Source of the DNA: Octopus sinensis
Taxonomy: Eukaryota
DNA: 64,000 nt
Direction of reading: 5' to 3'
Assembly: GCF_006345805.1 (NCBI RefSeq)
Contig: NC_042997.1
Coordinates: 128,836,001 to 128,900,000 of the forward strand
Part shown: positions 53,461 through 64,000 of the stretch, piece by piece
Position numbering within the stretch: the stretch's first letter is position 1
Layout: every line of letters begins with the position of its first letter
Made by a program: the position numbers and the translations under genes
The notes under the pieces: model-generated
What the model was told of the DNA's origin: nothing
Databases searched by the model: none
What the model saw: only the letters and a program-made list of their open reading frames with translations

Positions 53461-55370
53461 AGATCTAAACATGTAATGCAAAATGTCTCATACAATAAAA
53501 GGTTAAGTGAAAAAAACTAAGAGGTAAGCAGCCACTCTGACCACCTTCTTCTCTGACTTGCCTTGTATTGGATCCTTTGAAATTGCCCAAGAACATCATC
53601 AATTTTGTCCAAACTGCAAAGTCTCCTACACCCTCTGGATAGTACATAGTTTTCTTTTTTACTATCATTAAACCATTGGTTGGGTTTCTATCAGTTATCT
53701 ATGATCTTTGGATGGAATATGCTCAACATACAGTATTTTTTTGCTTTTTGTTTTAGCTTTTTTGGTAGTTCCATTATAGATCAGGGTTTTCATTTTGGAC
53801 AACCAGGAAGTTTTGCTTTTCCTTGGAGATGGATTCTTTTTCACTTTCTTTCCAATCTTGTTGTCCTCAGTGGTTTCCCTACTTTCTCTAGGCTCCAGCC
53901 CATCATACTGCTGACAGCCTCTGGTCAGCTCTATACTGGAGGAGGTGAGGTCTCATCTTCTTGCTTTCATATCTATCTCACTGGCCCCTGTCTGAATTTG
54001 GTGACTGTGAGGATCATTGTCTATGCTTCTGACCTAATTATCCTCTGAACTTTGACTGGTAGCGTTGTAACAATAGCACCCACCTCTCATTTTCAGTTTT
54101 CCCTCTCTGGTTCAAACTCCAATACATGTAGCAGAATAATATCAAGAAACAGAGATCTATAAAAGAATGAATGAAGTACTGTGGTTGATACGATTGACTA
54201 AAAAACTTAACATTCAAGGTGATACCCGAACATAGCAACAGTTAATGACTGAAGCCAGTAAAAGAGTTTTTAAGAAAATAGAAGTGATAATTTACTTGGT
54301 TTTTTTTCTTTGCTCACTACATAATTATTTCTGGTTAGCCTTGTAATGATTCTTCCTGCATTAAATGAGTTAACACTAATTTAATGATGGTTATTACAAG
54401 TTAACTTGCTTAAATATTCCCTCATTACTTCTTTCACGGTTTTAACATTTTAAAACAGTTTTAGCACTATAACTGCTAACAGATCTTTTGACAATCCAGC
54501 AAGGGAACATCCCTATGGTTACTTGATTTGCTACCCTCAAATTACTCTTTACCAGCTTTAAAACAAAAAAAAAAAGCAAGGATGTATTGAATAGTTTAGA
54601 GTTCTGAGATACCCTGTGTCTAAATAAAAATAGACTGGTTGACCATATTTGACTGCCGCTAACTATAAGCTACTTAATCAACACTGACTTAGGGCTAAAT
54701 AACAACTGAATATATTACATTACAAACTCCAGGCATTTGTGCCTACATGGGAGCCTATGTGATCATTCAACTAACTAGATATAGCAGCCAAATCTCTCTC
54801 AAATCACACATTATCATGTTTATTATTGTTTAGCTTCACCATAATTGAGCTTTTTATAAGCATTTACCTAAAATTAAGATAGATATATTACTATTATCGC
54901 CATTTAACACCCATGTTCCTTACTCGCATAGGTTAGATGGTTTGACAGAATCAGTGGGCCCAAAGACTACATTCTGCTCATGTGTCTGCTTTGGCATGGT
55001 TTCTACAGCTGAATGCACTTCCTATTGCCAGCTACCTTATAGTGTGTACTAGGTGCATTTTTCATGCCACCTGTACTATAAGATCACCATGTAGTCTGCA
55101 ACAGTACAAACCCCAATGAGATGTGTACTATTTTGTTAGGGGATAAAGAAGAGGAGAGGGATGAAGTATGAGGAAAAAGGGCCAGAGTTGAACAAGTTTC
55201 TTGTAGAGAATGTGACATTTCAATAGTAGGGTTAAGTATTAAAATATTAAGATTTTGACATGCCTGGTTAAAATATTTTGCCATTTTTAGCTTATGTACT
55301 GTATTGATCTATTTCCTATCTTTTTTGTATGTTGTTTTAACTTATCAACTTTTTCCTTTCAAAACTTCAG

Positions 55371-55611
55371 CTACCTGTATTACACTGACTGGGGTACAGA
55401 ACCAAAGATTGCCAGAGCATTTTTGGATGGTTCTGAGATTGAAATTCTCAAGAGTGAAGATTTAAGTAGCCCTAATGGGTTAACTATTGATAATGGTCAA
55501 CTCTATGTGACAGACTCTAATTACCAGAATAAAACATCTGGACCACAGATATGGTTATTCAATATGGCTACTAATGAGTGGAAGCGATTTCCAGTGTCTA
55601 CAGACCTCAAG
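55371..55611 (+). CDS. LRP-type receptor exon 7 (241 nt, phase 2-0)
   Basis: cttcag|C, AAG|gtatgt; YLYYTDWGTEPKIARAFLDGSEIEILKSEDLSSPNGLTIDNGQLYVTDSNY...DLK (two YWTD repeats). Confidence 0.95.
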
Positions 55612-58289
55612 GTATGTTCTCAAAATTAAAGCAGTTCTTTCTTAGAACAAATAAAATCAATTGGTATCAGAAGTAAAAAGAATCTAACTCTCCAGGTTCT
55701 TAAATCCTTCAATAGAAACTGTGTCTTCTTCTACTGACCAAGAGTTTGAAATGATAGATTTTTTTTTCCTATTCCTCACATCAATTGATTTTATTTGATT
55801 ATTCGATATTCTGCAAAATTTCCTTTTTGATTAATTGTTGCTGACACAGACCCTCAGGGTTTGGATTTTATTTTAGTGTCACAATTAATTAACTAATTCT
55901 CACCATCATTATTCATCATGTTCACCACCATCATTATCATCTTATCCCTTATAAACATATCATCATCATCACTGTCACCACCGCCATTATTATCATCATC
56001 AACACCATTGCCATCACCACCATCATGTCATCTTTATCAGCACAATCACCATTATCCTCACCACCAACACCACATTCATCAACAGCATCATTGTCATCAT
56101 CATCAACACTGTTATTGTTAACAGTCGTCATATCATCAATTTCACCAGTACTACCATCATCCTCTTCACAACCTCTTATAAACATATCATCATCATCACT
56201 GTCACCACCACCACCATCATTATCATCATCAACACCATTGCCATCACCACTACTACCATTATCATCATTTCCAAGAACCAATGTAGGAGTTCAGTTTAAA
56301 TCAATTATTCATATATCCAGTATATTTAAAACCTACCTAGGTAAGGGAACAGATGCACTTAATCTATACAATAATGTACCCAGTTAAAAGTATGAACTGT
56401 AAGCTAGAATTTTACATTTGTTACTATATTTCTAATGAAGAGACTGCATGTATTTCATTTAATTTTCAATATAATCAAAATCATTTTCATGATCATTTAA
56501 CGTCCATTTTCCTTGGAAGGACAAACTGCATAATGTAAATTTAAATTCATTGATTGAATGAAAAAGACAGGATGGCCATGGTTGGAATGCCTTTAATCAT
56601 AGGTTTGCTTCATTAGAGCTAAACAATAATAATGTATTATATATTAGATATCTAGTCAACTTCGGTGTCTCTATATATTCAGTCAACCAGCTAGAAATAA
56701 CAGCCAAACCTCCCTCAAATGATACCCCACCATCTTGAAAAAGGAAAGATACAACAGATGATGTAGTTTTGATATTGGTCACTTTCAGCCCAATATATAT
56801 TACACACATATTGACAAACTGAAATCTTATCTCATTCATCAGATTTTAATATAAATATTAACACATTTGTATGGGTGAGTTGGTGTCAAGGAATTAAACC
56901 AGCTGCCAATATGATGTAAATTACAAGCTATTTAGTTTCTTCATAAAAGTTCATTTTAGTGTGATCACACTTTTAGATCAATACGACTGCATCTAAAGAA
57001 ACAGGGTCTTTTGTTTTAAGAGGCCTTATGTTATCATTATAGAGCTTTAGATTGGTTACCATTGGAGATAATTACATAGATATATTGGTCTCTTCTACAG
57101 TTAGACAGCCAGAGAGACAAGGTTTCTTAGTTCAAGTAAACTTTCATTATTATTGGAGAGCCTCATACTTTTAGACTGGAGTATCTGCAACTAGACTGCT
57201 AGAGAGACAAGTTTCCTTGATTAGGAAGAATTTTAATTATCTTTAGAAAGTTTCACACTTTTAAATTGGTATTAGTGCTGTTAACCAGGAAGAGACAGGG
57301 TTACTTGGCTCTGGATAATTTTGGTTATCATTGTAGAGCATCGCAGATTGGTAATTTTGAAGCCAGAAAATTCTATCAAATTTACTGTAGAATGTTATAT
57401 TAATACATTTATTACTGAAAATATGATGTAATTATGGCCATGTGCATTATACTGATATCATTACAGATATTTGTTATATATTATATATATTATAGCTATA
57501 TCAGATGGTTTTATAACCATATCAGTGTAACTGATTATTGTCACTTGATGGATTTATGATGTCATGCTTGTTGTAATGGCTCGTGTTATTGTTGTAATCA
57601 TAACTCTCAAACTGATATTATTGTTATAATATCTGTTATATCGTTTCTGATATCATCATTGGTCATGCACAAGATAGCAAGTCTGCAGAATTTTTAGCTC
57701 ATCAGACAAAATGCAAAGCAGCATTTCTTTCAGCTCTTTACAGTCTCAGTTCAAACTTTGCTTTCATCTTTACTGGGCAATAAAATACATGTCAGTCAAG
57801 TCAATGATAATGACTAACTCATCACCCCAAAAATTTCTGGCACTGTACCAAAACTAATGCCTTATTCAGTTTTCATTCTGATCGAACTCACTCACTAATG
57901 CTTGTCTACATTCCTTTTTAAATTATTTCTAATTTAAATTCTTGGGTAATCTCCCTTGCCTTTCTTGACCAGAATTAATTTTTATAATAATGACTTTTCA
58001 TCTCACTGTTGGTGTAGTTTTATTTAAATGAAATTTCTTGTCACCATAGATTATATTAGCTCACACTTTACTAGATAACATTACAGTCAGGTCTGTCATC
58101 TTAAGATTGACCTTTCAACATATGGTCCTTCTTCTTCTGAGGAGGAACAATGACCTTGCTCTTGTTCCACATTGATAAGGTTGATGCTTAACTGGTATTG
58201 TAAAAAAAAAAAAAAAGCATCAACTTGTGAGAAATGTTCTACTTAACATAGTTACCAAAATGTTACTTTTCTTTCTATTCTTTCTCCAG

Positions 58290-58470
58290 CTTCCTCGTGG
58301 AATTACTCAACAAGATGATACTTTATATTACACTGATTGGTCAACAGAAGAGGATACAGAAGGCTTCATATTCCAGTATAACTTAAAGAAGTCTACTCTC
58401 AATAAAACCCCCCTAATTACAGGAATTAAACCCACAGGACTTCATTATTCCCATCGACAAATTTCTTCAG
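58290..58470 (+). CDS. LRP-type receptor exon 8 (181 nt, phase 0-1)
   Basis: tctccag|CTT, G|gtaact; LPRGITQQDDTLYYTDWSTEEDTEGFIFQYNLKK...GIKPTGLHYSHRQISS. Confidence 0.93.
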
Positions 58471-58653
58471 GTAACTCTACTATCTTTTTTGCACCTTTTC
58501 ATTATAGTTACCTTCTGTCTATTCTTCTAACACACACACACACACACGGTTACTCAACCTGCTACACATATCAACTAAATCTGTATTATATACTCATACA
58601 TAGGTGCAGACATTGCTGTAAAATTATGAAGTTTGCTTCCCAACTACTTGATT

Positions 58654-58883
58654 TCGAGCTGGCAGAAACGTTAGAATACCAGGTGAAATGCTTAGCAGTA
58701 TTTCATCTGCCGCTACGTTCTGAGTTCAAATTCCTTCGAGGTCGACTTTGCCTTTCATTCTTTCGGGGAAGATTAAACAAGTACCAGTCACGCACTGGGG
58801 TCGATATAATTGACTGAATCCCTTTGTCTGTCCTTCTTTGTCCCCTCTGTGTGTAGACCCTTGTGGGCAGTAAAGAAATAAGA
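58654..58883 (+). mobile_element. SINE family C (cephalopod-type central domain) nested in a family A copy
   Basis: GAGCTGGCAGAAACGTTAG...TTCTGAGTTCAAATTCC...GGTCGACTTTGCCTTTCATTCTTTCGGGG...GTACCAG; flanked by family-A head (about 58600-58653) and body (58884-58980). Confidence 0.8.
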
Positions 58884-59920
58884 TTCAGTCCTACTGTGTT
58901 GTATCTATGACAAGTGTCTTCTGTTATACACTAAGGCCTTATGAGTGGATCTGGTGGACAGAAACTGAAAGAAGCCCATTATTTGCGTGTGTGTGCACAT
59001 GTGCTCATATGTTTGAATGATTTTGTATTTGTTGTGTTTTACTCGCTAGTTTCAGTGACTAGTGGCAAACAATGATTTTACTAACTGTATCATTTGCTTG
59101 TAATTCACTACAAAAGCATATCCTGGCTGTTGTTTGATAGTAATTATTTGGCAATATGCTATGCTCAGGAAGACCCATTCATTAAAGTAACATTGAGGCT
59201 GTAAAGGTGTGTCCTTTATGTCTATGCCATACACTTCTGTTCCCAAAACCCAAATAGACAACCTGTCCTTGACAAACCTCTCCACCATGACCCATCTCAC
59301 CACTTCCTTCTTTCCCCACCTGTGCTCCCCTCCCTTCTATCTCCCAGAATCCTACCATCATACAATGTCCATCAATTCTCTTCCCCACAACCACATCCTC
59401 CTAATAACCCCTCCTAACTATGACCACTCAGTACATTTGTCCCATCCATCTCTCACTCTCCTTTCACAATCTCATGAACTTACCCACCCACTCATCCTCT
59501 CAAATCCCTGGTCCACTCACTATATACTATGTAGACTTCCCTGTAACTGGGGTCTGTGTCGGCACATCTTCACCATCTTATCTCTCTTCACCCTCTCTCT
59601 CTCTCTTTCTCTCTCTCCCTCCTCTTTCCATTTTTCACCACCTGATGTAGGTATGTACCTCATGTACTACAAGACACCTATATCTATCCCTCAGAACTAC
59701 TCCTTCCTCAGTTGCGAGGTCTTGTCTTGCAAGTTACTTGGTGACCTCACTGCTACTGGTGTCACATAAAAGTATCCTGTACACTCTGTAAAGTAATAGG
59801 CATCAGTTAGTGCATCCAATCATAGAAACCATACAAAAGCAGCCTTCTGACTTGCCAGCTCCTGTTGAACCAAGCAACCCATGACATTATGGAAAACAGA
59901 TATTAAACAATGAGGATGAT

Positions 59921-59988
<68 letters not shown>

Positions 59989-60016
59989 TGTGGTTTTGTG
60001 TGCATGTGTGTGTGCA

Positions 60017-60803
60017 TACAGGGTGTGGTGGGTAAATTGTCACCATTTTATATCTTGAATTTCACAGATGTGCATTGTTTGTTTTTGGTTTTGTTGGCTA
60101 CAATACAGTAGAGTCAGCACCATGATGCAATTCACCCTGATAGAAATTTGGAAATGACATGCTGTACTGTTTGGCATTCATGCCGGAAGCTCCAATACAA
60201 ACTTTGCAGACTGTCTGGATGTCAATTTGAAGAGAGATTTTCTCAAAAGCATGTACCAAGAGTGATAAAAATCAAACATCATGATGTTTGGAGTGATCAC
60301 TATTGATGGCGATGTTATGCCTCCATTTATCTTCCTACACAGCCTCAGACTCAACACAGGCCTACATCAAGTGCTTGGTGGATGTAGTGCTGTCCTGGGT
60401 CAAGAAGGTGGCTGCTGGAAATCCTTTGTCTGACAACAGGACTCTGTACCATGCCATACAAGCAGGAGATCCTAGTCATGGCTGTCAGACAATCTCTGCA
60501 ACCACATCACCCCTAACATCTGGCCACCTAACTCTCTAGACTGTAACCCACTTGATTATTATGTGCAGGGTGCAATTGAGCAAGAGACCCACAAAACTCC
60601 TAACCATCTAGACAAGTTGCAGGAGATTCCAAAGTCGTCTGGAGGCCATGGTTAAAGCCAATGGTGATTTTACTGAATAAATTTACTCTTTAGTATTTCA
60701 AAATATTTTTATGTAATTTTGGTAAATATTTGTTAAAATGACATGTCAGTGTTATTTTCATTTTTGCGTAATTTAGACAACAATATATTCACCACATCCT
60801 GTA
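60017..60803 (+). mobile_element. Tc1/mariner (maT/DD37D-like) deletion derivative, 787 bp
   Basis: TA + TIRs CAGG(G/A)TGTGGTG; MMFGVITIDGDVMPPFIF...QQDS.PCHTSRR...IWPPNSLDCNPLDYYV...RFQSRLEAMVKANGDFTE*. Confidence 0.85.
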
Positions 60804-60856
60804 TTTGTGTGTGTGTGTGTGAATATATATATGAATGTGTATAATGTGTGTGTGTG

Positions 60857-60952
<96 letters not shown>

Positions 60953-61010
60953 GAATGTATATAATATGTGTGTGTGTGTATATATATGTGAGAATGGATG
61001 TATGTATATA

Positions 61011-61350
61011 TGGCACATGACTTGGTGGTTTGAGTATCGGCTCACAATCATGAGATAGTGAGTTCAATTCCCAGACTGAGCTGTATGTTGTGTTCTTGAG
61101 TAAGACACTTTATTTCGTGTTGTTCCAGTTGACACAACTGTAGAAATGAGTTGTGACATCACTGGTGCCAAACTGTATTGGCCTTTGCCTTTCCTTTGAA
61201 TAACATTGGTGGTATGGAGAGGGAAAGTTGGTATGCATTGTGACTCCTGGTCTTCCATAAAAACAACCTTGCCTAGACTTGTGCCTCAGAGGAGAACTTT
61301 CAAGGTGCAATCTCATGGTCATTCGTGATTGAAGGAGATCTTTACTTTAC
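61011..61350 (+). mobile_element. SINE family D
   Basis: tRNA head (GAGTTCAATTCCC), core GTGTTCTTGAGTAAGACACTTTATTTC, CTTTA tail; related cores at 43884-44212 (+) and 27470-27670 (-). Confidence 0.65.
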
Positions 61351-61671
61351 TATGTAAATATTAAACTAATAATTACACTTTGTTTTCATTTTGCCTTTTG
61401 TGTTGTTATTTTTGTCATAAATTCTGAATATATACACACGCACACAGTCACTGGTTTCCTTCTAATATGGACTGATGTTTCAACTATCTGTTGCAAGGAA
61501 ACAGTTATTCAAATATACTTCCTCTGTAACACTGAAGCTTTTCTCTGTCATGGATTATTACAATTACTTTCTTGAATTTCTTTTTCTCTCTTAAATATCA
61601 CTTTCTATCTCTATCTATCTGTATATATATGTGTATGTATGATGTTTACTTATATGCATTTGATATTTCAG

Positions 61672-61812
61672 AGCCTGATGCAACATGTGATAATGCCGCC
61701 TGCTCTGACGAATGTATTCGTACTCCTGCTGACTATTCTTCTGAACGATTCCATTGCTCATGCCCAGATTCATACAACCTGATATTATCATCAGATAAGG
61801 CCATTTGTAAAG
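61672..61812 (+). CDS. LRP-type receptor exon 9, EGF-like domain (141 nt, phase 1-1)
   Basis: atttcag|AG, G|gtaatt; PDATCDNAACSDECIRTPADYSSERFHCSCPDSYNLILSSDKAICK, six Cys. Confidence 0.93.
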
Positions 61813-62699
61813 GTAATTATACTTCATTACCAAACATTAAAATTAACCAGTCATCACTTTATGAAATATTGTTTTTTTTTTTAGACTTTTAAGATATAAT
61901 TAGTTTCTTAAATTAAATTACAATTTGCTGCCAACATTTGCTAGGTTCTATTAATATCTTGTCTGAGGAAATTTTAAGAAAACATTTAAAACTGAGGAAT
62001 GTATCATTCATTTATCTAATTTGATCAAATCTGAAAGTACCTCATTATAATGAAAGCATTAACCATTACTAAGTAGTTGTTGTTACATGTTGATTCTGAC
62101 TACTGAACAGACCTATGCTGGAAGTTATTCTGGCCATGACTATTTCCTCTGTGGGTGTATGATAGTAGGATGCGATTTGAGGGAAATTTGGTGCTGTTTT
62201 TATCAGGTCAAGGAACCATATAGCAGCTCCATTGCTAGTTAATTTTCTTCAGACACATCTTTATGCTTGCTGTTATTGTTGTTGTTAATTAGCATGAATC
62301 ATCTGTGCTTGAGAAAAGCTATAATAGACTTATAGCACAAAAGCTGTGAGTATAATGAAGCTGTAGCACAGTAAGGGAGAGCTATAATATAATACTTGCT
62401 AGTATAGAGGAGCTGTAGTACAGCAGCTACCAGAATAATGGACCTATAATACAATAGGGGCCAAAGAATTTCCAGAGTCTATTGCAAAGCAGGAGAGGAT
62501 ACTCTCTCATGTAAGGCTTAAGTATGGCCATATAGAAATTCTTCAATTATCTTGTAAGAAGCTGGTTAATCACACTTTTATCCCATAAACATTTATCTGT
62601 AGATGTTCAGACTGGACATCAGCCATATCAACCATACCAGTGTAGGAGTAATGGCCTGCAAAGGTCATGAGCAGTACTCCTTCTTTGACTGATTCATTA

Positions 62700-62970
62700 A
62701 AAGAAACATTGAAAGACTAGGGAAACTAGCCTTGATATTTTATCAGGTGTAACATGCAAGAGAGAGATGGGAACCAACATAGACATGTGATGCATATGAT
62801 AGTTGGATAACAAAATACCAAGTGGTCCAAGATGAAGGAATTTGCAGAAGAGGAAGACATGAAGCCATAGACAGAAGTGGTAAAGTCTGATCTCAAGTTG
62901 TTAAACCATCCAAAGGAGATGACAAATAACTGCAAGATGTTGTTGTAAAAAAGATGTATCCAATGTATGA
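62700..62970 (+). mobile_element. Decayed RTE LINE 3' fragment
   Basis: ...HVMHM...TEVVKSDLKLLNHPKEMTN... aligns by eye to the RTE C-terminus seen at 35101-35250. Confidence 0.5.
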
Positions 62971-63597
62971 TTTCATAGAAAATGAACATAAAGTGATTAT
63001 GATTATTCTTACATCATCTGAAATTTTGATATGTAGAGAACATGGGGGAGATAAATTGAATTCTGTCATAGATGCAACTACATATCTCTGGTGTAGAAAA
63101 TTAAATGCTTCATCCTTTTAAAAACGAAACTGCTCTATTCATATATATGAGTGTTATGTAGATTAAAGTTTTATTTCTGAGATAATATTAATGTGATAGC
63201 TTCCCCACTAAACTGGTCTAATCTAAAGCTAACAAAGGATCTTCTGTATTGTCACTTGACTTTCTAGAAATAACAGGTAAATGTCCTACAAACAGTAAGT
63301 AGGTCTTCTCAATTAGAACTTGCACTGGGCTATGCAACAACTGGTCTCAACTAGGAGGGCTAATTATTTAATGATCATACAATTATATTTATCAATTCAT
63401 CAATATAATAATTTAATGTCTGCTTGTTCTTCTATCAATATTGCGATGCTTTCTGTTTCTTCCCTCAGACAGTCAAATATCTCAATTATAGATTCTTTTG
63501 TGCATGTGTGTCTTGCTCACATCAAACTATCGACTTAATGCCTCAATTCAATGGATTGCAGTTTTAATGTCCATTCTCATTAACATTTTAATTTCAG

Positions 63598-63775
63598 AAC
63601 CAGAAAATTTCTTAATAGTAGCAGATCTAAATACACTTAAGCTAAAGGCCCTTGATGACCATCTTGATTCCAAGGTCCATATACTTCACTATGGCCATGC
63701 AGACAGCAGCTATGTTGCATTGGTTTACAATGATTTAGATAAAACCCTGTTTTGGAGTGATCTTCATGAAGGACA
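63598..63775 (+). CDS. LRP-type receptor exon 10, start of third propeller (178 nt, phase 1-2); gene continues past window
   Basis: atttcag|AA, CA|gtaagt; PENFLIVADLNTLKLKALDD...YVALVYNDLDKTLFWSDLHEG. Confidence 0.92.
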
Positions 63776-64000
63776 GTAAGTGTTAAGCTTTTCATTTTAT
63801 TTTATACTACTTCATTTCTTTCTCAATAATAACTTACACCTTAAATCATACACAAATATAACACATCTATACTACCTCTATAGATATATTCATCCAGATA
63901 CCATATCTAACTATATTTCCTCTATATATCATTTATACATATATTCCAGTCAGCAATGCACTCAACCTCACTAACACCAAGTAGGGGAAAAGGAAATGCT

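Noticed and set aside
55949-56387. Asp/Gly-rich and Ser/Pro-rich ORFs on both strands
   Set aside because: Product of an (ATC/ACC)n tract containing an ~80-bp direct duplication (about 55945 and 56170); not coding evidence.
58227-58817. Longest ORF in the track (196 aa) as a standalone gene
   Set aside because: Only 58290-58470 is exon; the rest is intron and SINE read-through. The same applies to ORFs containing exons 2, 3, 5, 6, 7, 9 and 10.
59209-59769. 186-aa His/Ser/Leu-rich ORF
   Set aside because: Pyrimidine-rich decayed repeat and (CT)n sequence; no domain or splice support.
1-64000. Prokaryotic systems (CRISPR arrays, operons, defence islands) and true tRNA/rRNA genes
   Set aside because: No constant-repeat/unique-spacer arrays; the sequence is spliceosomal eukaryotic; tRNA-like boxes belong to SINE heads.

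Overview
AT-rich, microsatellite- and SINE-dense eukaryotic genomic DNA. The repeat families resemble those of coleoid cephalopods (octopus-like); this is an inference from recalled consensus motifs, not a database result. The window holds an internal part of one spliced gene on the + strand. Ten GT-AG exons (15628-63775) join in frame with compatible phases into about 577 codons of YWTD beta-propeller / EGF / propeller / EGF / propeller, i.e. an LDL-receptor-related (LRP-type) protein whose start and end lie outside the window. Nearly all ORFs in the supplied track are spurious (microsatellite or decayed-repeat readings). Introns carry many tRNA-derived SINEs, RTE LINE fragments, an R4/Dong-type RLE LINE end, a Penelope-like remnant and four Tc1/mariner derivatives with recognisable TIRs. 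The most striking unexplained structure is a 1.1-kb near-perfect palindrome in the intron after the fourth exon (38956-40073; ~520-bp arms, 4 differences). Each arm carries a complete type I hammerhead ribozyme core with a palindromic helix III, so the host pre-mRNA contains a ribozyme preceded by its own antisense copy. A decayed hammerhead pair lies at 26185-26404. All coordinates were counted by hand; exon and palindrome boundaries are exact to my count, repeat boundaries are approximate.
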